Source of the DNA: an uncultured virus (IMG/VR IMGVR_UViG_3300032132_000753)
Lineage: Duplodnaviria > Heunggongvirae > Uroviricota > Caudoviricetes
DNA: 64,000 nt
Strand: one strand, 5' to 3'
Virus record (IMG/VR): IMGVR_UViG_3300032132_000753
Below the pieces are notes generated by a model, which was not told the origin of the DNA, did no database searches, and saw only the letters and a program-made list of their open reading frames with translations. The position numbers and the translations under genes are program-made. Shown in pieces: positions 20,669 through 30,003 of this stretch; position 1 is the stretch's first letter, and each line of letters opens with the position of its first letter.

Positions 20669-21809
20669 AAAAGACATTAAACGTCATCCACGATCTTCTA
20701 CTACGTTATTTTATTACAAGGATAAACTATATCGAGGTATACATGCTAAAAGGATGGCTGTTCTTCCTCTGATCGACAAATGCGAAAATATCCAACCATA
20801 TATTAAGACTAACCTCAAATTGCAATGGGGCGATGAAGTCCGGCCCGTGATTGAACACCCAATCTTACCGCATTTGGTAAAAGTACAAGAACTTACACCA
20901 AGACAAACTTTAAAAGTCGTTCAGAGTCTCTGTAAAATTAACGCCGAATTAACTAAAAACAAATTCATCCTCTATGATATCCATGAAGGCAACATTGGAT
21001 ATCATAGAGGACAACCATTATGGTTAGATTATGGCGCGATTGTCCAAGTAGACAAGAATTATAAAACATATGCATATTTGAAATTAGCATACATCATTCA
21101 CAAATATGTCATTAAAGATTACAAAGGTGGATATTCCAAGTTCAATGATAAAGCATTGCATAAACTTGGCGGTGGGTTGTCTACACTATATAAATCAGAC
21201 TATGCTAAACCAGAGTCTTGGCTAAAATTGTTAAAATGGGTTAGTGTGTTGAAACTACCCGTCCAAAAGTCACATTGGAACGACAAGTATTCACACAATA
21301 TGGACATTGCGAACCCTGCTAATGTTAACCCGAAAGCTAAAATTGTTTCAAATTTGTTAAATGAAATACAATATAAAACAGTAACAGATATTGCTTGCAA
21401 CAAAGGTTACTATTCGCTATTGTCCGCACATAATAAAGACGTTGATGTTGTCGGGTTCGATTTTGTAGAACCTTGCATTGATTTCGCTGATAGCTTCGAC
21501 CCTAAAGCGCGGGCAACTTTTGGGTGTAGTACTATTGAAAAGTTCTTAAATAATAAGGATGAAGAAATAGAACGATATAGTTCTGATTTAGTAATTGCTT
21601 TGGCTATTGTGCACCACATTACTTTCCCTCAGCCGCATGTTCAATTTGCTAAACTTATGGCTAGTTTAACTAAGAAATATCTTATTTTAGAAGATATTAA
21701 CACTGAGGCAACTTACGAAAAACTTTTACCTAAACATGGGATGAAGCTAGTAAAGCGCATTAATAGTTATCCAGGATCTAGAAAATTATCTCTTTACGAG
21801 AAAGTCTAG
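20655..21809 (+). CDS. Kinase-like plus methyltransferase fusion (NoeA/WbdD-like)
   Basis: YDIHEGN and WLDYG kinase-like motifs; TDIACNKGYYS and LAIVHH methyltransferase motifs. Confidence 0.7.
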   Translation: MLLTKKDIKRHPRSSTTLFYYKDKLYRGIHAKRMAVLPLIDKCENIQPYIKTNLKLQWGDEVRPVIEHPILPHLVKVQELTPRQTLKVVQSLCKINAELTKNKFILYDIHEGNIGYHRGQPLWLDYGAIVQVDKNYKTYAYLKLAYIIHKYVIKDYKGGYSKFNDKALHKLGGGLSTLYKSDYAKPESWLKLLKWVSVLKLPVQKSHWNDKYSHNMDIANPANVNPKAKIVSNLLNEIQYKTVTDIACNKGYYSLLSAHNKDVDVVGFDFVEPCIDFADSFDPKARATFGCSTIEKFLNNKDEEIERYSSDLVIALAIVHHITFPQPHVQFAKLMASLTKKYLILEDINTEATYEKLLPKHGMKLVKRINSYPGSRKLSLYEKV

Positions 21810-21840
21810 AAATTAGTATATACATAAGAAGAGGGTAATC

Positions 21841-22134
21841 ATGGCGGATACAGTAGGCTCATTGGTAGACAAACTTTGTACAGTCGACCTAAAAATGTGG
21901 AACAATCAAGAAATCCTATATGAAATTCGTAGGATGACTTTCAAGGAATTCCAAGAGAAGTACTTATCAACTGAAGAAATGCAGTTAAAATTTTATCAAA
22001 CTATCCAAAAATGCTGCGATCTAAATTATCAACGAAATGCTTTAATCGATGAGATCGATCTAACTATGGTTAAAATTGCCAAAGGTGAGATCGATCCCGC
22101 CGATATGGTACAATTAAAGCATAAGACCTATTAG
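21841..22134 (+). CDS. DUF4254-like helical protein
   Basis: TVGSLVDKL..VDLKMW and LNYQRNALIDEID. Confidence 0.6.
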   Translation: MADTVGSLVDKLCTVDLKMWNNQEILYEIRRMTFKEFQEKYLSTEEMQLKFYQTIQKCCDLNYQRNALIDEIDLTMVKIAKGEIDPADMVQLKHKTY

Positions 22135-22143
22135 GAGGAAATT

Positions 22144-22671
22144 ATGGCTAAGAAAAAACAATCAAATTATACGTACGACGACATTCAAGAGTTCCCATTT
22201 GCTAAAGTAAAATTGAACAAATCCGGACAAGAACGTCGAGAATATCACAAGAAACTAGTTTGGGAATTAGTTGTTTCAGATTTTCTTAAGAAGATCGACC
22301 CCAAAGATTACTTCTGCACTACCGGCGATGCAGTAATCAAGGCTAGAAAACTTGAGCATGATTTGTTCAAGGCCGCTGGAGTAGCCAGAAAATTAGCAAA
22401 CACCCTTGAAAATAAATTAAGGGCTGATAACGTATATATGGAAACTCAATGGCAAAACGGGCGGTTACTCGTTAAAGCTAAAAACCCTCGAAAGAACAAA
22501 GAAGAAAAGGCTCAGGCCCTTAAGGAAAATTTTCTCTATGGCAACAAAAGCAAATCAACGCCCGCAGCAGCGCCCGTTACCGAAACAGAAACCATTACCA
22601 GCGGAGACCAAAATCCCCCTGAGGTATGCGGAAGCAGCGTACCTGTTACAAGTCCTGAACAGTCAGCCTGA
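22144..22671 (+). CDS. Hypothetical protein
   Basis: AGGAGG RBS, 175 aa. Confidence 0.65.
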   Translation: MAKKKQSNYTYDDIQEFPFAKVKLNKSGQERREYHKKLVWELVVSDFLKKIDPKDYFCTTGDAVIKARKLEHDLFKAAGVARKLANTLENKLRADNVYMETQWQNGRLLVKAKNPRKNKEEKAQALKENFLYGNKSKSTPAAAPVTETETITSGDQNPPEVCGSSVPVTSPEQSA

Positions 22672-22807
22672 AGAATCTAAAAACAAGGTCACTCATACTG
22701 ACCTTGTTAAGAAATTAAAGACTATTACCGATTATTGGCTTAGGAAAGAAAACGAACGAAAGACAGTGCAGAATGCCAGACGTGTCCCAAAACGACCTCG
22801 TAAATGA
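22538..22807 (+). CDS. Hypothetical basic protein
   Basis: 89 aa, AAGGA upstream; overlaps both neighbours. Confidence 0.45.
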   Translation: MATKANQRPQQRPLPKQKPLPAETKIPLRYAEAAYLLQVLNSQPEESKNKVTHTDLVKKLKTITDYWLRKENERKTVQNARRVPKRPRK

Positions 22808-23186
22808 AACCTTCGTTAGGAGCCACAGGTTCTTAATGAAATTCTTCAATAATAAAACAGATCTTCTGCTACGCAAGTTTAAAATCCATCCTAAAACGCG
22901 TGAAATAGAACTTACTTTCTATATGTGTCCTCGTGTGATTGATACTCTTGGGGAATCTGAAAAAGTAATCGACAAGTTAGAAATTGAATTCACTGAACAA
23001 GGTGCTAGACCGATGGCATCTTTAAGATTAGATGATTTGTATTTTGATAACATCAGCCAACCATTGGAATTTGATTATTCAGATTCAGAAACTAAAACGA
23101 TCACGGTTTCATATCAGTACAACAAGCTACACTTATATGGCGCTCACGCTGATAACGGTCCTCTAAACCATCCATTGAGTATCTAA
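22773..23186 (+). CDS. Hypothetical protein
   Basis: 137-aa beta-rich ORF. Confidence 0.6.
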   Translation: MPDVSQNDLVNETFVRSHRFLMKFFNNKTDLLLRKFKIHPKTREIELTFYMCPRVIDTLGESEKVIDKLEIEFTEQGARPMASLRLDDLYFDNISQPLEFDYSDSETKTITVSYQYNKLHLYGAHADNGPLNHPLSI

Positions 23187-23191
23187 TAAAC

Positions 23192-23881
23192 ATGAGTGGA
23201 AAATTTATCGTCTTCGAAGGTGTGGACAACAGCGGGAAAACTACTGTTGCTACTAAAGTCACAGAGGTCCTAAAATCGCGAGGTATCGATTCAGTCTTTA
23301 CCAGACATCCAGGGTCAACAGGAATTGGTCAAGAGATCCGCCAAATCCTAAAACACCATCCTGATCCAATTAATGCTAATGCTCAAGCTTTGTTATTTGC
23401 TGCTGACAATAGCTTGTTCATGAACCAAATCTTGAAGCCTAATCTTGATAAAGGCAACTGGGTCATTGGAGATCGAAACAACTTCGTCTCTAGTATGGCT
23501 TATCAAATTGCATCTGGGTGTGATTGGGATGAGCTTGATGCTGTCCACGCGGCAACAAAACAGACCGCCAAGATTGACCTTCTCTTGGTATTCCAATGCA
23601 CCTGGGAGGAGTCCCGACGTCGCAAAGCGCTAGCTATGGACGAAGCGCCGGATCGCTATGAAGACGCTGGTCGTGAGTTCTTCGATAAACTAGCTGGCTG
23701 CTATAATGAAATCTTGTCTAACCAGCAAGATAGGTTGAAGAAGTTCGTCAAGATGGAACGGTGCTCTTCTGGGCAAGATCGTTATCTAACAAGAGTTAAC
23801 GCCCGTTATATTGATGCGACTCAGTCTGTTGATTCAGTCGTTGCAGCAGTTCTGGATGCAATTGAACCACTGCTCCAGTAA
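23192..23881 (+). CDS. tmk: Thymidylate kinase
   Basis: FIVFEGVDNSGKTT, TRHPG, LLFAAD, GDRN..SSMAYQ, DRYE. Confidence 0.92.
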   Translation: MSGKFIVFEGVDNSGKTTVATKVTEVLKSRGIDSVFTRHPGSTGIGQEIRQILKHHPDPINANAQALLFAADNSLFMNQILKPNLDKGNWVIGDRNNFVSSMAYQIASGCDWDELDAVHAATKQTAKIDLLLVFQCTWEESRRRKALAMDEAPDRYEDAGREFFDKLAGCYNEILSNQQDRLKKFVKMERCSSGQDRYLTRVNARYIDATQSVDSVVAAVLDAIEPLLQ

Positions 23882-24227
23882 TGATAGCCAAAATCATTAA
23901 AGCGAACGCGAGATAAGTCCAGTCGAACTGTCGATCTTTTTTAGATCTAAATCGGCTATAATCAACATCAATTTTTGATTCTTTTCCGGTAGGTGGTCTA
24001 GGCCCAGATAGTGGCTTAGGTCCTAAGCCTTTTGGGCGTGGCTTTAATCTATTTCTGAATTTTTTCAGACGATCGATTTCAATTCCACCAGGTGTTAAGT
24101 TAGAAACGCCAATTGGATACAGTCGTTTTTCGACAAGTTGGCGAATAACACTTTTGAAGTCTTCGGCATCAATAGTCCCTCGTACCATTTTTCCATCGCC
24201 ATCAAGTGCTTCATATTCAAACTTCAT
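23796..24227 (-). CDS. Membrane protein with PilC/GspF-like N-terminal domain
   Basis: MKFEYEALDGDGKMVRGTIDAED...VIRQL...LYPIGV plus one C-terminal TM helix. Confidence 0.65.
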   Translation of the reverse strand: MKFEYEALDGDGKMVRGTIDAEDFKSVIRQLVEKRLYPIGVSNLTPGGIEIDRLKKFRNRLKPRPKGLGPKPLSGPRPPTGKESKIDVDYSRFRSKKDRQFDWTYLAFALMILAIITGAVVQLHPELLQRLNQQTESHQYNGR

Positions 24228-24274
24228 ATCTTAGTTACCCTCGGTTGTATATAGTGTATAGCGGGAAGGGTGTT

Positions 24275-24559
24275 ATGTTTCTAGTAATGTATGCAAAAAT
24301 TACAGACCTGAAGAAAAAAGGTCTCAAGATGGATGGTCCTTTTTTCGGAGTAGAGGTTGAAACATTAGATAAAGCCCACAAAGAGTGCCAAAAATTGGTC
24401 ACTTCTTGTAAGGAAACCGTTTTAGTGAAAACTTTCGATCTAGATGAATATGTTGAGATGGAAGCCAAAAAAGAAGCTATTATCTATTTTAGCAGGATAT
24501 ACGACGATATGAAAATCGCGCAAATTTTGTGTGATGCGCCTAAACGACGCCGTAAATAA
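24275..24559 (+). CDS. Hypothetical protein
   Basis: ATG 24275 after a GTATATAG motif and GGGAAGGG. Confidence 0.55.
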   Translation: MFLVMYAKITDLKKKGLKMDGPFFGVEVETLDKAHKECQKLVTSCKETVLVKTFDLDEYVEMEAKKEAIIYFSRIYDDMKIAQILCDAPKRRRK

Positions 24560-24561
24560 CT

Positions 24562-24757
24562 GGATCAGTAGCTTAACCGATGACCAGTCTGGGTATTCTC
24601 TGGGGGTAGAAAGTATTCCGTCAGGGGCCAACATAAAGGACTACGAACACTGGTAAACGTCTTATGGAAACTAGTTCGTGTGGTACGGTCTTTTGGCTAC
24701 GCTTGTGCGATAAACTTGTGAAAGTAGATGATGGAGGTTCGAATCCTCCCTGATCCC
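24562..24757 (+). ncRNA. tRNA-like structured RNA (196 nt) with about 120 nt of extra internal sequence
   Basis: Perfect acceptor stem GGATCAG/CTGATCC, TAGCTTAA after it, perfect T arm GGAGG-TTCGAAT-CCTCC; fills an intergenic gap almost exactly. Confidence 0.75.
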
Positions 24758-25617
24758 TAAGTAATGAAGACGTCCGGATCCTCAGTTAAAAGATCCGCAA
24801 TTCGTTGAACATTTTCGAATGAAAGCATGTCCTTCTCTTCACCCTCTTCTGGTGGAGGTGCAGCTTCCGCTTCTTCTTCCTGGCCTTCTTCGCCAGGTTC
24901 CTCAACTCCAAAGGGACCAAGCTCTGGGTCGGCACCTTCTCCTCCTTCGAGGTCTTCTTCGCCGCCCTCTAAATCACCTTCTAGATCGCCCATAGGCTCG
25001 CCAAAGCCTCCGCCACCTAAACCGCCACCCATGCCCATACCCATGTCATCTTCTGGAGGCATTTGTTCTGTGGGCTCAGGACCACCCTCTGGTTCGGCTC
25101 CCATTGGGTCTTCAAATTCTTCTTCTGGCTCTTCAGCAGTAACTGAAGGTTGAGTGAAGGTAGCCATTGGCATTAATTCAGAAGGATCGTGGCCATCCTC
25201 TGGATTTGTTGATTGGTGAGTGACTTCTAAATTAAGTTCTTCCCTAACTCTGTCAGCGAATTCCCGGTTAATTGCCAAATAGTAATTTACGCGCAAGTTC
25301 TTGCTGAAATTGTGTTTGATGTTATCGTCCCCGGTAGTATCAGCAACACGGGCAACTAGCTCTTTTTTCTTTTGTGGATCAACGCAGTTAAGATAAATAT
25401 TCTTGATGGTTAGACCGGCTGGATTGAATTTGACTTTCAACCGACGGTGGTCTAGCACTAAACCGCTTTTTTCCGCGATTTGTTTTAGAATGCCTACGAT
25501 ATCTCCAAATACTTCTTCGTCCAAAGTAGTGTTTTCAGCGAACTTTTCCTGATAGTCATCGAATATATCAGGGTCCTCTGTAATTAGGGAAGCGATTTTG
25601 AGAATGTCGTCTGACAT
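24757..25617 (-). CDS. Acidic putative head/scaffold-associated protein
   Basis: E/G/P-rich; IAxLxTEDPDxF motif at both ends. Confidence 0.65.
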   Translation of the reverse strand: MSDDILKIASLITEDPDIFDDYQEKFAENTTLDEEVFGDIVGILKQIAEKSGLVLDHRRLKVKFNPAGLTIKNIYLNCVDPQKKKELVARVADTTGDDNIKHNFSKNLRVNYYLAINREFADRVREELNLEVTHQSTNPEDGHDPSELMPMATFTQPSVTAEEPEEEFEDPMGAEPEGGPEPTEQMPPEDDMGMGMGGGLGGGGFGEPMGDLEGDLEGGEEDLEGGEGADPELGPFGVEEPGEEGQEEEAEAAPPPEEGEEKDMLSFENVQRIADLLTEDPDVFIT

Positions 25618-25626
25618 TGATCCGCC

Positions 25627-26148
25627 TTATTCGTCGAAAACGTCAGGGTCATCAGTAAGCATACTGGCAATACGATTAACATCGACGCCTTCGTACACGC
25701 CACCGCATTCTGAAGCGATGCCGCCCATGCCCATACTTTCGCTTTCCAAATCGTCTAAGCCAGGTTCTCCACCAATTTCGTCACCCATACCCATTTCATC
25801 GCCAAGCTCTTCCTCAGCGTTTCCACAGCATGCTTCCCAAGCTTCATCGGCTGATTTAGCACCAGCTTCGACGTCGTCTAAGATTTGACGTAGTGTCTCA
25901 GAATCAACTTCGACCATATCATCACCACCGAGTTCGTCATCAAGACTACCTCCGTCGAGATCAAGGTCATCTTCGCCGCCTAGACCGCCTAGGTCATTAC
26001 CTAAGTCACCGCCTAGATCGTCTCCACCATCAAGGTCGAATTCGTCTTCGCCTAACGGGTCTTGTTCTAGTTGGTCCATGCCTCTAGAAGGACGTTCTCC
26101 ACATGTTGGGCATCCTTCTTCGTCTGGTCTGCGGTTTAAATTGTTCAT
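25627..26148 (-). CDS. Acidic D/G-rich protein
   Basis: GGAG RBS; C-terminal IASMLTDDPDVF; CPTC. Confidence 0.65.
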   Translation of the reverse strand: MNNLNRRPDEEGCPTCGERPSRGMDQLEQDPLGEDEFDLDGGDDLGGDLGNDLGGLGGEDDLDLDGGSLDDELGGDDMVEVDSETLRQILDDVEAGAKSADEAWEACCGNAEEELGDEMGMGDEIGGEPGLDDLESESMGMGGIASECGGVYEGVDVNRIASMLTDDPDVFDE

Positions 26149-26158
26149 TATATCTCCG

Positions 26159-29100
26159 TTATAGTATCTTTGATAGGGCTACATAACCCATATCGTCTTC
26201 TTTAATGGTTGTAAAATATTTATTCTGGTATGATTCTACCAGAGTTTCAGGTGTTTTAAATTCTAAGCTTTCAAACGGGCTAGAAGTCCTCACGATTAGA
26301 TTAACCAATGACTCTAGCCAAACCTCAGATGAAGGTTTGTAAATCTCTAATTCAATTCCTTCATCTTCTAGAAGATTGATGTAAGTTCCAGCATAAGTTA
26401 ACGCTTCCGCCAAGGCTTGGTTAAACAACTCTTCACGTTCTTCGTCATAAATTCTAGTAATGCTGGCGCGGTTGAGGGAGTTACACTCCTGTGCGTATAA
26501 TTTAAGAGCCATATGAGCCCTGTCATTAGCCGACAATCGAGTTTCCTCAATCAATTCGTTATTCAGCATTGCACGAGCGTAAGCTTCTTGTTCTACAGGC
26601 GCTGCTTGCGCTGCGGCTCCACCCTTACCTCGCATTTTATCCCAAGCACCCTTGCCCCATTTTGCAAGACGATCCCAGGCACGAGGTTTCTTTTGTTTAG
26701 GTACCGGACTACCACCTACTGTAGCAGAATGTGACATAGCCTTCTGCAAATATCCCTGCAAAGTTTGCCATTCTTCACCAGACATTTGTGTTAATGCGCT
26801 AGGATCACCACTTTTTAATGTCGGGTTGACATATTTTGTTAGTAGATCTTGATGTTCTGATGGACCTTGACTAACTAGAGCGTTTAACACTTGTTGTAAT
26901 TTCGGATCTTGACGCAACGTTGCCAAAATAGTACCTGCATATTTAGCGTTTTGCGATGTAGGTTTCTGGCCGGTTGACGCTGGGGCTTCAGAAGCCTCTG
27001 GAGCAGGCTGACCACCAGCTGCCCTCGCGAAGTCGGCATCAGTGGGCTCAGAAGCGGCCTTAGGTTCAGGAGGTGATGCTCCAATATATCCCATCTTATC
27101 AACAATGTTGTAAAGTTTTAGCAGCGCATCTTGCCCACCAAGTTTTTCAAGATCGCCGTTTGTTTTAACTTTATTAGTTTGGATTTGCCCAAACAAACCA
27201 GCCAGTTGTCTGTCTTTGCTTAAAATAGGTTTTCCATTGCGGTCACTAAGCAAACTTTTCATTGCTTCATTAGCTTTATCGCCAATTGTTAACGCTTTAA
27301 TTGCACCTAATGTTTGTGAATCTAATGGAGCAGCCGGATCAGCCGGATCAGTATCAGCAGTCTCAGGAGCAGCCGGATCAACAGCTTGTTCCTCTTCTGG
27401 AGCAGCGCTGGATACTTTCTGAATGGCTTGAGCAATACGACCAACAGCCTCCGCATTTTGTGGTTCAAGAGCACCATCAATTGATTGCCCCTTGCTTAGT
27501 CTTGACCACAACCAATGAACAAAACTTTTGTCTCGACCTTCAAGGGAATCAATAACATCTCTGGCGATTTTATCATCACCTAATTTTGGAAGAAGTTCCT
27601 TGACGTTAGGCTGAATTTCGCCTGCATCATCTGGTATATCATCTACAGCCTGACCCATATCTCCTAAAGCGTCCTGCGCGGATGTTTGTTGCATCTCAGC
27701 TTTGCCTTGTTTTTGAGCCATTTTAGCGTTAACGCCGATTTTTTGAAGATTCTGAACGAACAATTGCATATCTGATTTAATCTGGTTAGCCAATTCGTCA
27801 TAAAGAAGTGCTTTTTGAGCTAATTTTACATCTTTCCCAGTTAATCCTGACGCAATGCCCTTACCCATACGACTTAAACGTCGACCCATGCTAGTCATGA
27901 ACGGGCCTTCATTGAACACTTTGGTGTATACGTCGTTTTTATCTTCCATGGGGTTAAAACGACGAGATTCTTTGTCTAACCAGGCATTTATTTGATCTTT
28001 ATCGAAATTAGCACTTTGTCTAGTTCCGTACGCATCCATAAGATCGGATACTTGAGAATCCGTAAGCCCAGCAACAACATCTACTAATTGCGAAGGAACT
28101 TTTACACGTTTAGCGGCATTTAAAAGCATTTCTTTTTGAGATGTTCCAACGATTTGTTGTAAATGCGCATTGAAATTTTTAGGTTTTTGGTCTTGTCCTG
28201 TAGCTTTTTGCAATCTCTCAGTTGCTTGATCTAAATTAGAAACAAGTTGTTTATTAAATTGTTCTGGGTTAGACTTAAATGCATCATAAATGTACTTCCA
28301 CAAATTGCCAACAGACAACTCGCCGTCACCAGTGGCTTGTTCTAGAGTATCAGCATCAACAGTGAAGTACTTATAAATCGCTTTACCAGTTCTTTTGTCT
28401 ATACCACGAACACGAACGCTGGCATTATCACCAGATTGTTTTACAATAGCGATATTTTTAGCGGCTGCAGGATTCACATTCTGATGTTTAGAGGCTCCCG
28501 GTCCAGCTGCAGGTTCTCCTTGATAACCAGCTGGCGCTTCAGGTTCAGCTTCAGGAGCAGCCTGGCCAGGTTCCCCTCCAGTTTCGGCGTCAGCAGCAGC
28601 TTGAATATCCCTAGATACTTCAGCGCCTTGAGCAGCTTGCATATCTTTCCCAAATTCATCCGCTTGGGCAGCTTGAATGTTGCTAGATACCTCAGCACCT
28701 GCCTCAGGATCTGCTGCTGGTTCAGAAATAGCAGGTTCTGGTTCATCATCGTCCATCCCTGCTGCTACCTCCGCAGCATCAGGATCCACAGATTCCTCAT
28801 CGCCTCCACTGCCAAATAGTCCTTTAGTTGGATCATATTCGTCGACCCAATCACCAGGCTCTTCATCGTCCATGCCAGCTGCAACCTCCGCAACACCAGG
28901 ATCCTCTGGCTCTGGAGCAACCTCTGGCTCTGGAGCAACCTCTGGCTCTGGAGCAACCTCTGGCTCTGGAGCAACCTCTGGCTCTGGAGCAACCTCTGGC
29001 TCTGGAGCAACCTCTGGCTCTGGAGCAACCGGGTCATCATCGTCCATCCCCGCTGCTACCTCCGCAACACCAGGATCCGCAGGTTCAGGGGTTGCAGCAA

Positions 29101-29809
29101 CGCCCCGACGCGGAGGCAATTCCTCATCGTTCTCGTCATACGCCCGCATAGGATCAGATCCGACTTCGTCGTCGTCGTCGATACCCGCCAAATCTTCCGG
29201 AGTAGGTTCAGTTTCTTCTTCTACTTCAGCAAGTTTGCTTTCAAGTTTATCTAACCCGCCAGGAACAGCGTCATTTGGCAACTTTTGAGTAGCTTTCATC
29301 GCATCGTTTACGATTTCTTTATAAGGATCATCAGTGAATTTACTATTTTCTAACGTATAAACAATATCACCAATAACGTCATTTTCAGTTAAATCTGGCT
29401 GTTTTAACAATTCTCGTATAAATTCTAAATCTTCAGCAGATTGAATCCCATTATCCACTATGTTGTTATGACGCTCCATATCGATTGGCGTAGATTCAGC
29501 GGCCTCAGGAGCAGCAGCGGCCTCAGGAGCAGCTTTCTTAGCATCTATCTTGGCTTTTCTAGCGGCTTTCGCCTTGGCCTTCGCCGTGGCCCTCTGCTCT
29601 GGGGACATAGCATCTATCTTGGCTTTTCTAGCGGCTTTCGCCTTGGCCTTCGCCGTGGCCCTCTCCTCTGGGGACATAGCATCACGCTTGGCCTTGGCAG
29701 CGGCATTCTTCCTGGCCCTCTGCTCTGGGGTCATCTTACGTTTGGGCTTTTTAGGAGCTTCCTTAAGAATACGCCCAAGGTCTTCGTTTAATCTATCAAG
29801 AAAATCCAT
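26159..29809 (-). CDS. Large low-complexity protein (1216 aa), putative internal virion protein
   Basis: K/A-rich repeats, (PEPEVA)7 tract, acidic regions, many LxE sites. Confidence 0.65.
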   Translation of the reverse strand: MDFLDRLNEDLGRILKEAPKKPKRKMTPEQRARKNAAAKAKRDAMSPEERATAKAKAKAARKAKIDAMSPEQRATAKAKAKAARKAKIDAKKAAPEAAAAPEAAESTPIDMERHNNIVDNGIQSAEDLEFIRELLKQPDLTENDVIGDIVYTLENSKFTDDPYKEIVNDAMKATQKLPNDAVPGGLDKLESKLAEVEEETEPTPEDLAGIDDDDEVGSDPMRAYDENDEELPPRRGVAATPEPADPGVAEVAAGMDDDDPVAPEPEVAPEPEVAPEPEVAPEPEVAPEPEVAPEPEVAPEPEDPGVAEVAAGMDDEEPGDWVDEYDPTKGLFGSGGDEESVDPDAAEVAAGMDDDEPEPAISEPAADPEAGAEVSSNIQAAQADEFGKDMQAAQGAEVSRDIQAAADAETGGEPGQAAPEAEPEAPAGYQGEPAAGPGASKHQNVNPAAAKNIAIVKQSGDNASVRVRGIDKRTGKAIYKYFTVDADTLEQATGDGELSVGNLWKYIYDAFKSNPEQFNKQLVSNLDQATERLQKATGQDQKPKNFNAHLQQIVGTSQKEMLLNAAKRVKVPSQLVDVVAGLTDSQVSDLMDAYGTRQSANFDKDQINAWLDKESRRFNPMEDKNDVYTKVFNEGPFMTSMGRRLSRMGKGIASGLTGKDVKLAQKALLYDELANQIKSDMQLFVQNLQKIGVNAKMAQKQGKAEMQQTSAQDALGDMGQAVDDIPDDAGEIQPNVKELLPKLGDDKIARDVIDSLEGRDKSFVHWLWSRLSKGQSIDGALEPQNAEAVGRIAQAIQKVSSAAPEEEQAVDPAAPETADTDPADPAAPLDSQTLGAIKALTIGDKANEAMKSLLSDRNGKPILSKDRQLAGLFGQIQTNKVKTNGDLEKLGGQDALLKLYNIVDKMGYIGASPPEPKAASEPTDADFARAAGGQPAPEASEAPASTGQKPTSQNAKYAGTILATLRQDPKLQQVLNALVSQGPSEHQDLLTKYVNPTLKSGDPSALTQMSGEEWQTLQGYLQKAMSHSATVGGSPVPKQKKPRAWDRLAKWGKGAWDKMRGKGGAAAQAAPVEQEAYARAMLNNELIEETRLSANDRAHMALKLYAQECNSLNRASITRIYDEEREELFNQALAEALTYAGTYINLLEDEGIELEIYKPSSEVWLESLVNLIVRTSSPFESLEFKTPETLVESYQNKYFTTIKEDDMGYVALSKIL
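28903..29028. repeat. 7 perfect copies of an 18-bp tandem repeat
   Basis: CCTCTGGCTCTGGAGCAA x7, encoding VAPEPE on the minus strand. Confidence 0.95.
29539..29730. repeat. 69-bp tandem repeat (2 full copies plus a degenerate third)
   Basis: Encodes AMSPE(Q/E)RATAKAKAKAARKAKID. Confidence 0.85.
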
Positions 29810-30003
29810 TATTTCTTAGCCTTTTTATTCATCTTATTCAAGAACCTGCCACGATCTTTTTTACCACCTTTTAGAAAACTCATATCGTCAGAATCGCCCT
29901 TGATTTTCTTAGTGGTCCCAGCAGCTTTGGCTTTAGGATCACAATAAAATTCACAAGACGAATCAGCAACAGCATGGCTCTCATAAAGCGAGGTTAATTT
30001 CAT
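29809..30003 (-). CDS. Small basic protein
   Basis: MKLTSLYES N-terminus; coupled to both neighbours. Confidence 0.6.
   Translation of the reverse strand: MKLTSLYESHAVADSSCEFYCDPKAKAAGTTKKIKGDSDDMSFLKGGKKDRGRFLNKMNKKAKK

Noticed and set aside
24562..24757. Canonical tmRNA or group I intron-containing tRNA
   Set aside because: No G3:U70 pair or A73, much shorter than typical tmRNA, and no degron-type tag. The insert is short for a group I intron and does not sit in a recognisable anticodon loop. Kept as an unclassified tRNA-like RNA.
28903..29028. Possible CRISPR array
   Set aside because: Contiguous 18-bp units with no spacers, in frame within a CDS
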